From assembly GCA_965219415.1 (NCBI GenBank), contig OZ244742.1:1408001-1472000 (forward strand): a stretch of DNA of 64,000 nt, in the 5' to 3' direction. Position 1 is the first letter of the stretch. The number at the start of each line of letters is the position of its first letter. A program made the translations under genes and the position numbers. Below, piece by piece: positions 41,943 through 53,404 of this stretch. The stretch comes from Candidatus Marinacidobacterales bacterium. Its GTDB lineage: Bacteria; Acidobacteriota; Vicinamibacteria; Marinacidobacterales; DATDRI01. The notes under the pieces are model-generated. The model saw only the letters and a list, made by a program, of their open reading frames with translations, made no database searches and was not told where the DNA came from.

Positions 41943-42851
41943 CTAACTCGGGGTCGCAAGGACAACGAGCGGCCGGAATTGGGGCAATTCCGCAGTCGCC
42001 ACTCCAACTGCGAGGAGCTCCCCTTCGGGACCCAAGAGCCGGCAAGCCTGCCCTGCGGGTACGTCAGGAACTAGCCCCTCGATATCGGATGGCGTTATCG
42101 TGCGACCGTGACGAACCCGTGACGCCGCCTGGGCCCCTAATCGAAGCGCCGGAAGATTAGAAAGGGCTTCGGCTGGATCCAAAACTGCGCGGGCCACCCC
42201 CCCTTCTCGCGCCAAGGACTCCAGTTTGGGAAGCGTCCAAGCTTGCTCCACTCGAAAAGGCCCCACTCGCGAGCGGCGAAGCCCCACCAGATGTGCGCCG
42301 CACCCCATCCGTTTCCCGAGATCATGGGCCAAAGAACGAATATAGGTCCCGGCCCCAACCTCGGTCTCCAACGTGACCCGGTTGCCTTCCATTTCTACGA
42401 GCCGGATAGAGTGGATCACGACTTTGACCGGGCGCGCCGGGGCCGGTCGACCGGCCCTTGCCAATTTATACATTCTTTGGCCGTTGATCTTCTTCGCCGC
42501 AAAAGGTGGCGGCACTTGATCTTGATCTCCGAGGAACTCGGCGAACTCTGACTCTATCGTGCCTCGGTCCAAGTTGACGTCCATCCCCGGACCCAGCGGG
42601 CGCCCTGTAAGATCGTACGTGTCGGTGGCGAACCCGAATCGCAGCACCGCAACGTACGTCTTCGCAGCGCCGGAAACGAAACGGGCGAGGCGCGTCGCGC
42701 GCCCCAGGCACAGCGGCAGCAAACCCGTCGCGAAGGGGTCGAGCGTCCCGGTGTGACCGACGCGCCTCTGACTGGTGAGGCGCCGAACCGACTGCACGAC
42801 GTCATGGGACGTGGGCCCTTTTGGCTTGTCGACGAGAACGATACCGGTCAT
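41943..42851 (-). CDS. truB: tRNA pseudouridine-55 synthase
   Basis: DKPKGPTSHDVV, GHTGTLDP, GTYIRSLA. Confidence 0.96.
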   Translation of the reverse strand: MTGIVLVDKPKGPTSHDVVQSVRRLTSQRRVGHTGTLDPFATGLLPLCLGRATRLARFVSGAAKTYVAVLRFGFATDTYDLTGRPLGPGMDVNLDRGTIESEFAEFLGDQDQVPPPFAAKKINGQRMYKLARAGRPAPARPVKVVIHSIRLVEMEGNRVTLETEVGAGTYIRSLAHDLGKRMGCGAHLVGLRRSRVGPFRVEQAWTLPKLESLAREGGVARAVLDPAEALSNLPALRLGAQAASRVRHGRTITPSDIEGLVPDVPAGQACRLLGPEGELLAVGVATAELPQFRPLVVLATPS

Positions 42852-43255
42852 GAGCGTCCTAAGGTTTCTTCTTCCGGATTCTCAGTGAAATCGTCCGGTG
42901 CGTTTGCACGCGCCTCCTCGATGAGCTTTTCGAGTCGTATTCCATACTCGACGGAGGGATCGAACGTGAAACGCACTTCCGGCGAGACCCGGAGACCAAG
43001 TCGCTGTCCGAGAAGCCGACGCACGAACCCGGAAGCGCCATCCAAAGCGGCCATCGTTCGTTCCTGCTCCTCCGCAGCCCCCAAAACGCTTACGTAAATC
43101 TTGGCCACCTTGAGATCCCCCGACACTTGAACTCGCGTGCAAGTTGCAAGACCGACGCGGGGATCTTTGACATCACGTTGCAAGATCACCGCGATCTCCA
43201 TACGGATCTGTTCGGCTACTCTCTCCGGTCGGATGCGGGCCCCATTTCTCGGCAC
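42848..43255 (-). CDS. rbfA: Ribosome-binding factor A
   Basis: RPERVAEQI, KDPR, SGDLKVAKIY, PEVRF. Confidence 0.94.
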   Translation of the reverse strand: MPRNGARIRPERVAEQIRMEIAVILQRDVKDPRVGLATCTRVQVSGDLKVAKIYVSVLGAAEEQERTMAALDGASGFVRRLLGQRLGLRVSPEVRFTFDPSVEYGIRLEKLIEEARANAPDDFTENPEEETLGRS

Positions 43256-43297
43256 GGCTGATCTCCCTCCGATTGCATCATAGGCTATGGTCGCGGT

Positions 43298-43630
43298 TCA
43301 GTCGATGAGCTCGATCGCGATGTCGACCAACTCCGATGGGTACCGGTCTTCGACGTCGTGGGCCATCGATTCGAGCATCGATTCGAGATGGCGTCGGTCC
43401 GCGCTGACCGATACCGCGGACACCATCGCCCTCTGCCATAGTTCCTGGTAGCCCGTCTCGGCGACGGCGGCGTTGAAACGTGCCCGCAGACGGTCCTTGA
43501 TCCCCTTGACCACCATACGCTTTTCCTTCAAGGAGTGAGAATGAGGAAAGTGAAGCTCAATGGTCAGGAGCCCGAGGAGGGGCTCGCCCTTTTCGATACC
43601 GCGATTCTTGCTCTTCCGGCGGCGGGACAC
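43298..43630 (-). CDS. DUF503 (YlxP) family protein
   Basis: SLKEKR..V, RFNAAVAE; lies between infB and rbfA; start uncertain. Confidence 0.88.
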   Translation of the reverse strand: MSRRRKSKNRGIEKGEPLLGLLTIELHFPHSHSLKEKRMVVKGIKDRLRARFNAAVAETGYQELWQRAMVSAVSVSADRRHLESMLESMAHDVEDRYPSELVDIAIELID

Positions 43631-43637
43631 CGGTCTA

Positions 43638-46409
43638 CTAGACCGAAGCGGCCGGGACCTGCTCGACCGCGTAGATCTCGATCACGTCACCAATCTTAAC
43701 GTCGTTGTAACCCGCGATTCCGATACCACACTCGAAGCCTTGCTTGACCTCTGCTGCGTCATCCTTGAAGCGCTTCAAGCTCTCGACCTTGCCCTCGTAG
43801 ATGATGACGTTGTCTCTAAGTAGGCGAGCACCTCCAGAGCGGGTCACTTTGCCGTCGGTAACGTAGCAGCCTGCTATGGTGCCAACCTTAGGAACCTTGA
43901 AGGTGTTGCGAATTTCCGCGCGTCCCACGGTGGTTTCCTTGAAGGTGGGCTCGAGAAGTCCCGTCAAAGCCTTCTTGATCTCATCGGTGACGTTGTAAAT
44001 CACGGTATGGAGGCGGACGTCGATACTCTCTTTCTCCGCCAACTCTTCCGCAGTCCTCTCTGGTCTTGCATTGAAGCCGACGATGATCGCGTTCGAGACC
44101 GAGGCCAAGTGTACGTCGGCCTCGGTAATGGCGCCGGCTCCGGCACGAATGATCTTCACCTTCACTTTTTCCCCGGAAAGCTTGGTCAGGGTGTCGGACA
44201 AAACTTCCACCGAGCCCTGCACGTCGGCCTTCAGCACGATCGGCAGTTCCTTGACGGTGCCCTCTTCCACCTGTTGGTGGAGCTGATCCAACGTCAATCG
44301 GGAGCTTTGAGCCTGCAGGCGCTCTTTCAGTTTCTGCTGCCGGAACTCGCCGATCTGCCTAGCCTTGGTGCTCTCGAGTACCTGGAACTGGTCCCCGGCC
44401 TGGGGCAACGACGCGAGTCCCAAGATCTCGATTGGCGTCGCGGGATCGACTCTCTTCACTTTGTGTCCCCGATCATCGATCATGGCGCGGATCTTCCCAT
44501 GCACCGCTCCGGCGATAAACGAATCGCCGATCCGAGCGGTCCCATTCTGAATGAGTACGTGTGCGACAGGGCCTTTGCCTTTGTCAATTTTGGCTTCCAA
44601 CACCGTACCCATCGCCGCCCGCTTTGGATTTGCCTTGAGCTCCTGAATGTCCGCGACCAGCAGAACCATCTCCAACAATAGGTCCAAGCCTTGTTGTTGT
44701 TTCGCCGATACTTCGACGAAGACCGAGCTGCCCCCCCAATCTTCGGGCAGGAGACCGAGATCTGCTAATTGTTTCTTGACGCGCTCGGCATTGGCCTCCG
44801 GCTTGTCGATCTTGTTGATCGCCACCATCAGCGGAACCCCCGCCGCCTTGGCGTGGTCGATGGCCTCCACGGTTTGAGGCATGACGCCGTCGTCGGCCGC
44901 GACCACCAGGACCACCAAGTCGGTCACCCGAGCACCGCGGGCACGCATCATCGTGAAAGCCTCGTGGCCGGGGGTGTCCAAGAAGACGATGCTACGCCCA
45001 TTCACGGCAACCTTATAGGCGCCTATGTGTTGGGTAATGCCCCCCGCCTCTTTCTCCACGACCTTGGTCTGCCGAATGGCGTCGAGAAGACTCGTCTTTC
45101 CGTGGTCGACGTGACCCATAACCGTGACCACCGGCGCGCGCGCAGCGAGATCCTCCGGTTTTTCCTCGACCGTCTCCTCTCGGAAAACATCTTCCTCGAA
45201 AGACAGTATTTCGGCTTCCGCCCCAAATTCGCGCGCCACCTCGACCGCGAGCTCGGTCTCTAAGGTTTGGTTGATAGTAGCGAGGAGTCCGCGGTTCATC
45301 AAAGACTTGATGAGGTCCTTGTGCTTGACCTCCATCTTCTCCGCAAGCTCTTTCACGGTGACACCTTCGGTCAAGGTGATTTTGCGAAAGACTTGGGGAG
45401 CAGCTGGCTTGGCGGTTTCTTTCGGTTCCGGGATCGCCTGTTCTTCGACCTCTGCCGCGGTAGCGCGCGCCCTTCGGTGAGATTCCTTGGTCCGCGGTTT
45501 GGCATCCGGGCGCCGCCGATGAACGGTCTTGATCGGTGCCGCCGGTCGCGGCGGGGGAGGTATCGGCTTCATCGCGCCGCCCCGTGTCTGGGCTGGCTGC
45601 CGCGGCCGAATCACCGTCGACGTCGGACCGGGAACGAACGCTGATGCTCTTGTCGCACCGGCCCCCTGCCCGCGCGCCATCGATGGCGCACCCGCCATGG
45701 CGCCGCCAGTCGGGGAAGAGGGTGCCACCGGTGGCAGTGGAGGCGTCCTGGTGGCGTGCGGAGCCGGTGAAGGCGCTGGTTTCTCCGCACGCTGGGCTCC
45801 GAGCTCGGCGGACAACGCTTCGGTCCCTTCGGCCCTTTCGGGCAGGCGCCTACCTGCTGCGTCGACTTCGGCGACTTCAGCGACATTAGCACCTGGCGCC
45901 GCCTCCGCATCTTCCACCAACCCTGAATCGACTCGGGCACGCTCATCCACTTCTACCTGAAGAGCCTCCTGCTCCTCGAGTAGCGCGGCCAGTCTGGCTG
46001 CTTCTTCTCGCGCAGCTTGTTCGGCGGCTACTCTCTCAGCCTCTTCACGCTCTTGGGCCGCTCGTTCCTCGGCCAGCTTTCGTCTCTCCTCCGCGCGCTC
46101 CTCTTCTTCGAATTCGGCGAGAAGCGCCTTGCGAGCGCGTGCGGCGCGTTCCTTGCTCGAGCTCCGCGCTCGATCTTCCTTGGATTGAGCAGGATCGGTA
46201 ACGCTCGCCCTAGCCTTCGCCTTGGCAGAACCAATGGCACCGGCCCCTTCGAGGCGAATGAGCCTTTTCAGCTTGATCGCAACGTCTTCTTCGATGGTAC
46301 TGGAGGCAGACTTGACCCTGATCTGGAGTTTGTCCTTGAGAAGTTGGATGGTCCGAGGGCTAGTGATACCGATATCGCGAGCCAGCTCGTAAACCCTGAC
46401 CTTGTCCAT
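43638..46409 (-). CDS. infB: Translation initiation factor IF-2
   Basis: [33 protein letters not shown]. Confidence 0.98.
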   Translation of the reverse strand: MDKVRVYELARDIGITSPRTIQLLKDKLQIRVKSASSTIEEDVAIKLKRLIRLEGAGAIGSAKAKARASVTDPAQSKEDRARSSSKERAARARKALLAEFEEEERAEERRKLAEERAAQEREEAERVAAEQAAREEAARLAALLEEQEALQVEVDERARVDSGLVEDAEAAPGANVAEVAEVDAAGRRLPERAEGTEALSAELGAQRAEKPAPSPAPHATRTPPLPPVAPSSPTGGAMAGAPSMARGQGAGATRASAFVPGPTSTVIRPRQPAQTRGGAMKPIPPPPRPAAPIKTVHRRRPDAKPRTKESHRRARATAAEVEEQAIPEPKETAKPAAPQVFRKITLTEGVTVKELAEKMEVKHKDLIKSLMNRGLLATINQTLETELAVEVAREFGAEAEILSFEEDVFREETVEEKPEDLAARAPVVTVMGHVDHGKTSLLDAIRQTKVVEKEAGGITQHIGAYKVAVNGRSIVFLDTPGHEAFTMMRARGARVTDLVVLVVAADDGVMPQTVEAIDHAKAAGVPLMVAINKIDKPEANAERVKKQLADLGLLPEDWGGSSVFVEVSAKQQQGLDLLLEMVLLVADIQELKANPKRAAMGTVLEAKIDKGKGPVAHVLIQNGTARIGDSFIAGAVHGKIRAMIDDRGHKVKRVDPATPIEILGLASLPQAGDQFQVLESTKARQIGEFRQQKLKERLQAQSSRLTLDQLHQQVEEGTVKELPIVLKADVQGSVEVLSDTLTKLSGEKVKVKIIRAGAGAITEADVHLASVSNAIIVGFNARPERTAEELAEKESIDVRLHTVIYNVTDEIKKALTGLLEPTFKETTVGRAEIRNTFKVPKVGTIAGCYVTDGKVTRSGGARLLRDNVIIYEGKVESLKRFKDDAAEVKQGFECGIGIAGYNDVKIGDVIEIYAVEQVPAASV

Positions 46410-47842
46410 CAGTGCTCACCTCCCGAACCTTCCGATTCTGGCTCGCCGACGCTCGATTGTAGATCGTGCGCGATCTCGCCAACCGGAAGTGGTTCTTCGG
46501 TGGCCTCCAGCAAAGCCGGCTCTTCGACCGGCGCCACATCCTCCGTTGTTTCGCTTCCCGTGGGCCCTTCGGCGAGCGGCGGCACACTGGCTAAGTGATC
46601 CCTAGCAGCAGCGACGATTTTCTCCGCGGTTTTTGCTCCAATGCCTGGAATCTCGGTCAAGGAATCGGGTTCGAGCGATGCCACCTCCTCCACCGTGGTG
46701 AAACCCTGCTCCGCCAGCCTCTCTAACGTTTTCTCGCCGAGTCCTTTCACGGTGCTGAGCGGCGTCTGCGTGGTTGCCATGGCGTCCATCTGGCTTTGCA
46801 CTTCCAATTTCTTTTCTTCCTCACTCCTGATGTCGATTCGCCAACCGATGAGCCTGGCCGCCAAGCGGACGTTCTGCCCCTTTTTTCCGATCGCCAACGA
46901 GAGCTGCTTGTCCTCGACGATGACCTCCATGACCTTCTCTCTTTCGTCGACAATGGACACGCGGCTCACCTTGGCAGGGTTGAGCGCGTTGATCGCGAAC
47001 GTGCGAGGATCGTCGTCCCACTCTACGATATCGATTTTCTCTCCTCGCAGCTCGCGGATAATGTTCTGAACCCGCGACCCCTTGATACCGACGCAGGCTC
47101 CCACGGGATCCACGTCTTTGTCTTTCGAAAAAACCGCGACCTTGGCACGATCTCCAGGCTCCCGCACCGCATTTTTTACCACCACCGTGCCTTCATAGAT
47201 CTCGGGAACCTCCATTTCGAACAACCTGGCCAACAGCGCGGGGTCGGTTCGAGACACGACGACCTGCGGCCCACGCGAGGTACGCAACACCCGGACGATG
47301 GCCACTCGAATACGCTCTCCGGCGTTGAACACCTCGGCTCGCGACTGCTCCCTTCGAGGCAAAACGGCCTCGGTACGTCCGAGGTCCACCACCAGGTCGC
47401 CGTTTTCTGCCCGCTTGACAATTCCCGTCAGAAGTTGCGCGATACGATCGCCAAACTCGCTGAAAATGTTGTCCCGCTCCGCCTCCCTTACCTTCTGGAA
47501 GATCACCTGCTTTGCGGTCTGGGCTGCGATGCGACCGAGGGCGGCGGTGGGCTTGTGTACTTCCATTTCCTCGCCAAGTTTCGCGCTGGATTGGGCGTGC
47601 TTTGCTTCCCTCAAGGAGATCTCGATATCGGGTGTGATCACCGAATCCACGACGGTCTTGAGGGTGAAGACCTCGATGTTCCCAGTTTCTCGATTCAGCC
47701 GAGCGCGGAGATCCTCTTCAGTCCGGTAGTACTTCTTGGTAGCGGTAACGATCGCGTCCTCAACGGCACCGATGATCACGTCCGGATCGATGCCCTTCTC
47801 TCGACTGATCTGTTCGATCGTTTGATATAGAAGGCTACTCAT
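46409..47842 (-). CDS. nusA: Transcription factor NusA
   Basis: GRIAAQTAKQ, S1 and KH domains (DPVGACVG, AIGKKGQNVRLA), C-terminal HhH. Confidence 0.97.
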   Translation of the reverse strand: MSSLLYQTIEQISREKGIDPDVIIGAVEDAIVTATKKYYRTEEDLRARLNRETGNIEVFTLKTVVDSVITPDIEISLREAKHAQSSAKLGEEMEVHKPTAALGRIAAQTAKQVIFQKVREAERDNIFSEFGDRIAQLLTGIVKRAENGDLVVDLGRTEAVLPRREQSRAEVFNAGERIRVAIVRVLRTSRGPQVVVSRTDPALLARLFEMEVPEIYEGTVVVKNAVREPGDRAKVAVFSKDKDVDPVGACVGIKGSRVQNIIRELRGEKIDIVEWDDDPRTFAINALNPAKVSRVSIVDEREKVMEVIVEDKQLSLAIGKKGQNVRLAARLIGWRIDIRSEEEKKLEVQSQMDAMATTQTPLSTVKGLGEKTLERLAEQGFTTVEEVASLEPDSLTEIPGIGAKTAEKIVAAARDHLASVPPLAEGPTGSETTEDVAPVEEPALLEATEEPLPVGEIAHDLQSSVGEPESEGSGGEH

Positions 47843-48336
47843 TACCTTTTTCCTGTCAGCCGACGCTGCTCCGGCGAGAACTCTACCTCCAACCGGGCAC
47901 TCTCGATGATCGGGAACCGAATACTAGTCCGCTCACCGCTTTCCTCCAAAAACACTGACTCTCCCTCGACTCCCGCGAGTCTTCCCCGGAACTGATTTTT
48001 CCCATCAAGCTGCTCCCGGGTCTTAATCTTCGCCAGCCTTCCAGTGAAGCGCTCGTAGTCCTTCATGCTCCAGAGCGGTCGATCCAATCCTGGCGTACTG
48101 ACCTCGAGTGTGTAGCTCGCCTCAATGGGATCTTCCACGTCCAGCAGCACACTCAGACGTTCGTTGACTCGCTCGCACTCTTCGAGTCCGACACCTTCCT
48201 CGCGGTCGATAAACACTCTAAAGACCCCGGAACCACCGGCTTGCTTGAGCTCGACCCAAGCGATCTCGATACCCAGCGGCTTGGCGGCCCGATCGGCCAG
48301 CTCCTTTAGTCTGGGGAGCAGGCTTTCGTCTTGCAT
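47842..48336 (-). CDS. rimP: Ribosome maturation factor
   Basis: YTLEVSTPGLDRPL. Confidence 0.95.
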   Translation of the reverse strand: MQDESLLPRLKELADRAAKPLGIEIAWVELKQAGGSGVFRVFIDREEGVGLEECERVNERLSVLLDVEDPIEASYTLEVSTPGLDRPLWSMKDYERFTGRLAKIKTREQLDGKNQFRGRLAGVEGESVFLEESGERTSIRFPIIESARLEVEFSPEQRRLTGKR

Positions 48337-48436
48337 GACGGTGCTGGGCGCAGTACAAGTGCTGATTTCGCCCTCCTAATCCCTCTGGCTGTCCCATCGG
48401 GAGCCGCCCGAAAGGCATTTCGGGCGGTCAACCAAT

Positions 48437-48462
48437 AAAAAAAGTGGGCAAATGCCCACTCT
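48437..48462 (-). terminator. Intrinsic terminator/attenuator in the rimP-nusA leader
   Basis: AGUGGGC-AUUU-GCCCACU followed by a U tract, between the promoter and rimP. Confidence 0.85.
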
Positions 48463-48483
48463 GTGGACTCTCGACTGCGTACA

Positions 48484-48513
48484 ACTATAGTCTAACCGGC
48501 TAGCTCAGATCAA
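48484..48513 (-). promoter_or_regulatory. Sigma70-type promoter of rimP-nusA-infB
   Basis: TTGATC-N18-TATAGT. Confidence 0.6.
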
Positions 48514-48576
48514 GCATCAGATGAACGACTTGAGCCAAATGAAGCACTTACCGGGAATCGCCTTCCGTCGTCCCCA

Positions 48577-49908
48577 TCAGCCAACGATCCGACCCACCAA
48601 ATCATAAGGATGGGCCTCCGTTACCTCCACGGTTACAAAGTCGCCAAGTTTCGCGGCGCCCTCATTGATTAATACCCCACCGTCTATCTCCGGCGCCTGA
48701 CCTTCCGTCCTTCCCCGAAGGAGCAGACCCGTCTCCCCCGACGGGCCCTCCACCAACACCCTTTGACGGCTCCCCACGAGCTTTTGATTCTTGCGCAGGG
48801 AGATGGTGCCCTGCTGTTCCATCAGCAGGTGTCTTCGTTCCTCTTTCTCCGCCGAGGACACGGTCTCAATCTGCACGAAGGCTTCGGTATCCTCCTCGTT
48901 CGAATAGGTGAAGACCCCCACATTGTCGAGCTCCACGTCGCGGCAAAACTGCAAGAGGTCGTCGAAGTCGACTCTCGCTTCGCCCGGGAAGCCGACGATG
49001 AAGGAGCTGCGCAACGATACCCGTGGTACGGCACGACGGATGCGTTCGAGCAGCTTTTCATTGCTCGCTCTCGTTCCTGGGCGTTTCATTGCCTTGAGAA
49101 TGCGGTCGCTCGCGTGTTGCAGTGGTATATCGAGGTAGAGGCAGACGCGAGGCTCGGTTGCCATGACCTCGAGCACTTCGTCAGTGACCGTGGTCGGGTA
49201 GGCGTATAGCACGCGCACCCATTCGAGTCCGTCCACTGCCGCGAGCCCTTGGAGCAAGTCGGCAAGGCTGGCGTTCTGGTCGAGCTCCGCACCGTAGCGG
49301 GTCGTGTCCTGTGCAATGAGGACCAGTTCTCTGATCCCTTGCTTCACGAGGGACTCTGCCTCAGAGAGAATGGACTCCGGCGTCCGGCTTCGATAGTGCC
49401 CCCGTATCTTTGGAATGATGCAGAAGGTGCAGGGGTAGTCGCAACCTTCCGAGATCTTCACATAGGCGTAGGGGCGCGGCGTGGTGAGCACGCGGGGGGC
49501 GAGGTGATCGTAAAGATAGACGACCGAACCGTCGGCCCGGAGATTCGGAACCTGCCGGTCTTGGCCCTCCGACGCGGACACAATCGAGTCCAGTTGGTCC
49601 AGTCCAATCACCGCATCCACCTCAGGAATCTCCCGGGCGATCTCGTCGGCGTAGCGTTGCGCCAAACATCCCGAGACGATGAGACGTCGGCAACGTCCTT
49701 CCTGCTTGTGCCGCGCCATCTCGAGGATCGTATCGATGCTCTCCTGCTTCGCTCGGTCGATGAATCCGCAGGTGTTGACGACCAATACCTCTGCCTCCGA
49801 CGGATCTGAGGTGGGCTGGTACCCCGCCTTGGTTAGATGCCCCAACATCACCTCCGTGTCCACGAGGTTCTTGGGGCAGCCTAGGCTTACGAATCCAATT
49901 TTCTTCAT
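48577..49908 (-). CDS. rimO: Ribosomal protein S12 methylthiotransferase
   Basis: LGCPKNLVD, NTCGFI, CDYPCTFC radical-SAM motif, TRAM domain APEIDG. Confidence 0.96.
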   Translation of the reverse strand: MKKIGFVSLGCPKNLVDTEVMLGHLTKAGYQPTSDPSEAEVLVVNTCGFIDRAKQESIDTILEMARHKQEGRCRRLIVSGCLAQRYADEIAREIPEVDAVIGLDQLDSIVSASEGQDRQVPNLRADGSVVYLYDHLAPRVLTTPRPYAYVKISEGCDYPCTFCIIPKIRGHYRSRTPESILSEAESLVKQGIRELVLIAQDTTRYGAELDQNASLADLLQGLAAVDGLEWVRVLYAYPTTVTDEVLEVMATEPRVCLYLDIPLQHASDRILKAMKRPGTRASNEKLLERIRRAVPRVSLRSSFIVGFPGEARVDFDDLLQFCRDVELDNVGVFTYSNEEDTEAFVQIETVSSAEKEERRHLLMEQQGTISLRKNQKLVGSRQRVLVEGPSGETGLLLRGRTEGQAPEIDGGVLINEGAAKLGDFVTVEVTEAHPYDLVGRIVG

Positions 49909-49969
49909 GGGCAGGCGTTCAGCGTAGCGAAAAACCGATCGGCTCGCAAATCCCCTGCAAATTTTGACG

Positions 49970-51268
49970 CTAGGGGGAGAGTCGGTAGAGCATACGTGGA
50001 AAGGGAATCGATTCTCGAAGATGCTCCAGCTTGCAGATCCAGGCTACCACTCGCTCGATACCCATACCGAAGCCGGAATGCGGAACGCTTCCATAACGGC
50101 GCAGATCGAGGTACCAAGAAAAGGCCTCTTCCGGCAACTTGTGGTCCCGGATCCGTTTCCGGAGGAGCTCTAGATCATGTATGCGCTGACTCCCACCTAT
50201 GATCTCGCCGTAGCCCTCCGGCGCGAGAACATCGACGCACAGTGCAGTCTCCGGCCGATCGGGATCGGGCTCCATGTAGAAAGCCTTGACCGCGCTCGGA
50301 TAACAGGTGATCGCGACCGGCCGTTGGTGAGCCCGCGACAGCATCTCCTCATCTTGCGCACCGAAGTCGGAACCCCATTCGAAAGCGTTGCCCTCCCTTT
50401 TTAGCGACTCGACCGCCTGGTCATAGGTGATTCGAGGAAACGGTTTTTTCACTTCCTCGAGGGGCGCGAGGTCCCTTTCTAAAACCTTCAGCTCTTCGCG
50501 TCTCTTCTCCAATACGGATTCGACGACGAAGCAAACGAAATCTTCGGCGAGCTCGATGATGTCATCCAAAAGGGCATAGGCGACCTCGGGCTCGATCATC
50601 CAGAACTCGATGAGATGGCGCCGTGTCTTGGACTTTTCGGCCCTGAAAGTTGGGCCGAAACAGTAGGTCTTACCCACCGACATCGCGACCGCCTCGTTGT
50701 ATAGCTGGCCGCTCTGGGTGAGGTACGCCCTCTCCCCGAAGTAGTCGGTCTCGAAGAGAGTGGTCGTCCCTTCGCTCGCGTTGGGAGTGAAGATCGGAGT
50801 GTCAGCCAGTATGAAGCCCCGGTCGTCGAAAAAATTACGGCAGGCGGAAATAATCTCGTGTCGAATCCTCAGGATGGCGTGTTGACGGCGGGAACGAAGC
50901 CACAGATGTCGGTTGTCGAGCAAGAAGGCGACGCCGTGCTCCTTGGGGCCTATCGGATACTCTTCCGCGATCTGCACAGGTTCTAGGTCGCAAAGCTCCA
51001 GCTCATAGCCGCCCGGAGCTCGGTCGTCCTTACGTACTTTTCCCCGAACGACGAGGGAGCTTTCCGTGGTGAGCCCCTTGGCGCGCTCCCAAACCTCTTG
51101 GGGCACTTCCGCCTTGGAGATAACACCCTGGATGAAGCCGGAGCCGTCTCGCAGGATCAAGAATTGGATCTTCCCGCTAGAACGACGGTTCACGAGCCAG
51201 CCCTTGAGCGTGACCTCCTTTCCGCCGTGGCTAGAAATGTCTCCGATATATACCTGGGTCGAGCTCAT
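49970..51268 (-). CDS. asnS: Asparaginyl-tRNA synthetase
   Basis: OB fold, [43 protein letters not shown]. Confidence 0.93.
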   Translation of the reverse strand: MSSTQVYIGDISSHGGKEVTLKGWLVNRRSSGKIQFLILRDGSGFIQGVISKAEVPQEVWERAKGLTTESSLVVRGKVRKDDRAPGGYELELCDLEPVQIAEEYPIGPKEHGVAFLLDNRHLWLRSRRQHAILRIRHEIISACRNFFDDRGFILADTPIFTPNASEGTTTLFETDYFGERAYLTQSGQLYNEAVAMSVGKTYCFGPTFRAEKSKTRRHLIEFWMIEPEVAYALLDDIIELAEDFVCFVVESVLEKRREELKVLERDLAPLEEVKKPFPRITYDQAVESLKREGNAFEWGSDFGAQDEEMLSRAHQRPVAITCYPSAVKAFYMEPDPDRPETALCVDVLAPEGYGEIIGGSQRIHDLELLRKRIRDHKLPEEAFSWYLDLRRYGSVPHSGFGMGIERVVAWICKLEHLRESIPFPRMLYRLSP

Positions 51269-51281
51269 CGAATCAGCTCCT

Positions 51282-52316
51282 TCATGTCATTTCCGGGAGG
51301 TGGGCAGCGAGCACCCGTCTCAAACCATCCCACGCCGTCCGCTCAGAATGCCGTGCCAGATTGGACCTCACCATCTCGAGCGTATAAGGAACGTAGCGCT
51401 CATAGAACGACTTGCCCCTGACCGCAATCTGATTGCCGAACGTGCCAAGCGCTTTCAAATTTCGTTGCAATGCCGTCAAATCGAATTCTTCCTCGAGGCT
51501 CCTGCGATCGGTCGACGTGGCTAGAAGGAACTGTTCTTTGAACTCCTCGACAAACTCCGCTTCCAGTTCCACGTACGAATCCCGCAGCAGCGAGACCAAA
51601 TCATAACTTACCGGGCCCATACGCGCGTCCTGAAAATCGATCACCACCAGGTCGCTCCCCACGAGAAGGAGGTTCCGAGAATGATAATCACGGTGACAAA
51701 GAACACGCGGGCGAGCGGCAAGCTCGGTGGCGATGTTCCGGAAAGCGCTGTCCAGCGCCTCCAGCTCGGGGGCGCCGAGCAAGACCTTGCGGAACCCCTC
51801 GAGAAAATGCTTCCTAAAGAAAGATAGCTCCCAATGGAGCTTGTTTTGGTCGAAAGCCAATCCGTAGGGGAGATACTTGGTGCTTTCTAAAGCCACCCCG
51901 CGCTCTTGAACACGCGCCAGAATGCCGATCGACTGCCGATAGAGACTCTTCTTCGTCTTGGTGTCGGCATTTTCCACCACCGTCTGGAGGAGCTCGTCGC
52001 CACAATCCTCCAACAGCAAAATGCCTTCCGGGCCAGAGACATCATGTATCTTTGGAACGCGCACCGGCATCTCTTGGAAGAGCCGAGCCACGTTCAAGAA
52101 AGGCTCGCGCTCCGGGTCGAAGGGCTCTGGCAGCAGCGCGAGCACCATGGTCTGCAGCCCCGAACCACCGGATAGGTCCACTCGGTAGTAACTGCGTGTC
52201 GAGGCATCCCCGGCAAGAGCCGTTACCGAACCCACCGGAAGACCTTCTTTATTTCGACGACCCAGGTAGCGAACGATCCTGGGATCGATGGATTGGTCTG
52301 CGGGGTCTATCGACAT
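51282..52316 (-). CDS. amgK: AmgK-like anomeric sugar kinase (APH family)
   Basis: [34 protein letters not shown]; paired with a nucleotidyltransferase. Confidence 0.8.
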   Translation of the reverse strand: MSIDPADQSIDPRIVRYLGRRNKEGLPVGSVTALAGDASTRSYYRVDLSGGSGLQTMVLALLPEPFDPEREPFLNVARLFQEMPVRVPKIHDVSGPEGILLLEDCGDELLQTVVENADTKTKKSLYRQSIGILARVQERGVALESTKYLPYGLAFDQNKLHWELSFFRKHFLEGFRKVLLGAPELEALDSAFRNIATELAARPRVLCHRDYHSRNLLLVGSDLVVIDFQDARMGPVSYDLVSLLRDSYVELEAEFVEEFKEQFLLATSTDRRSLEEEFDLTALQRNLKALGTFGNQIAVRGKSFYERYVPYTLEMVRSNLARHSERTAWDGLRRVLAAHLPEMT

Positions 52317-53404
52317 CAAACCTTGATTTCCGCCACCACGCAGTCTCCAACGACTTCCCGGGCTCGGATCGCGGCCCGTTCCGACTGGAGGCGCACCATA
52401 ACCTTCCCGACGGTACTCGTGGAGGCGGCCAAAGATACGTCACTCGCTATTACGCATTTGCGAACCAGTGCGTCTTCGGAAACCGTGACCCGGTCCCAGA
52501 GCACCGCGCTTTGTATCCTTGCGCCGCGCTCCACGACGCAGTCCGCACCGAGAATCGTTGTGCCGGAGAAATGGGCCCCCGGATCGACCCGAGTGCCAGG
52601 ACCGACTAGTACGGTGGTCCCCGGAGGCGAGCCGGCGGGCGGCTCGATGGATTGACTCTTGAACAAACCCTTCTCCACTAACTGCTCGCAGGCATTCAGG
52701 TACCGTTCTGGCGTCCCGATATCGAACCAAGTCGTATCGGCAACGTAACCAAAGACCGAGCCTTCGGCGATGAGCGTCGGGAGTAGGTCCACCTCGAGCC
52801 GGGCGAAGCGGCCTCGGTGCAGATGCTCGAAAACGGAGGGCTCTAGCACCCAAACCCCGGCGAACATGAGAGGCGAGGCAGAAGGGTCCGTTTTGTGACT
52901 CCTTTGGCCGATCGAAATAACGCGGCCGTCCTCTGCGATGCCCAACTCCGTGTAATCGCTACGTGAAGGCTTGGGACGCAAGAGCAAAGTAGCCGTCGCA
53001 TTCTTGCCACGATGCCAATCGATCAGTCCACCTAAGTCGACGTCGACGATCGTGTCTCCGTTGAGGACCACGAAGCTCCCTCCCGCGAGAAGCTCCTCGG
53101 CCTGCTTGAGTCCCCCCGCTGTGCCGAGAAGCTCCGCCTCTCGAGAATAATGGAGGGAGAAATCCTGGCGCTCGTCCATAGCCTCCAGCACTTCGACGAT
53201 GCTCTCGGGGTGGTGGTGGAGGTTGACGATCACTTCGCGAATGCCCGCCTCGCGAAGTAGCTCCATCGCAAACTCAATCGGGGTGGCTCCCAGGAGAGGG
53301 ATCGCCGGTTTCGCCCAATAAACGGTCAGCGGCCTCAAACGCCGCCCCTCCCCTGCCGCGAGCACCATGGCCATGGCCTTCACCGCTCTCGTCGGCGGCG
53401 TCAT
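52316..53404 (-). CDS. NDP-sugar pyrophosphorylase (MurU/GMPP-like) with C-terminal hexapeptide repeats
   Basis: LAAGEGRRLRPLT..KP, LGTAGG, NGD, WFDIGTP. Confidence 0.88.
   Translation of the reverse strand: MTPPTRAVKAMAMVLAAGEGRRLRPLTVYWAKPAIPLLGATPIEFAMELLREAGIREVIVNLHHHPESIVEVLEAMDERQDFSLHYSREAELLGTAGGLKQAEELLAGGSFVVLNGDTIVDVDLGGLIDWHRGKNATATLLLRPKPSRSDYTELGIAEDGRVISIGQRSHKTDPSASPLMFAGVWVLEPSVFEHLHRGRFARLEVDLLPTLIAEGSVFGYVADTTWFDIGTPERYLNACEQLVEKGLFKSQSIEPPAGSPPGTTVLVGPGTRVDPGAHFSGTTILGADCVVERGARIQSAVLWDRVTVSEDALVRKCVIASDVSLAASTSTVGKVMVRLQSERAAIRAREVVGDCVVAEIKV

Noticed and set aside
48520-48550. Two IHF-like sites (ATGAAnnnnTTR) upstream of the rimP promoter
   Set aside because: Each mismatches the WATCAA core; too degenerate to support.
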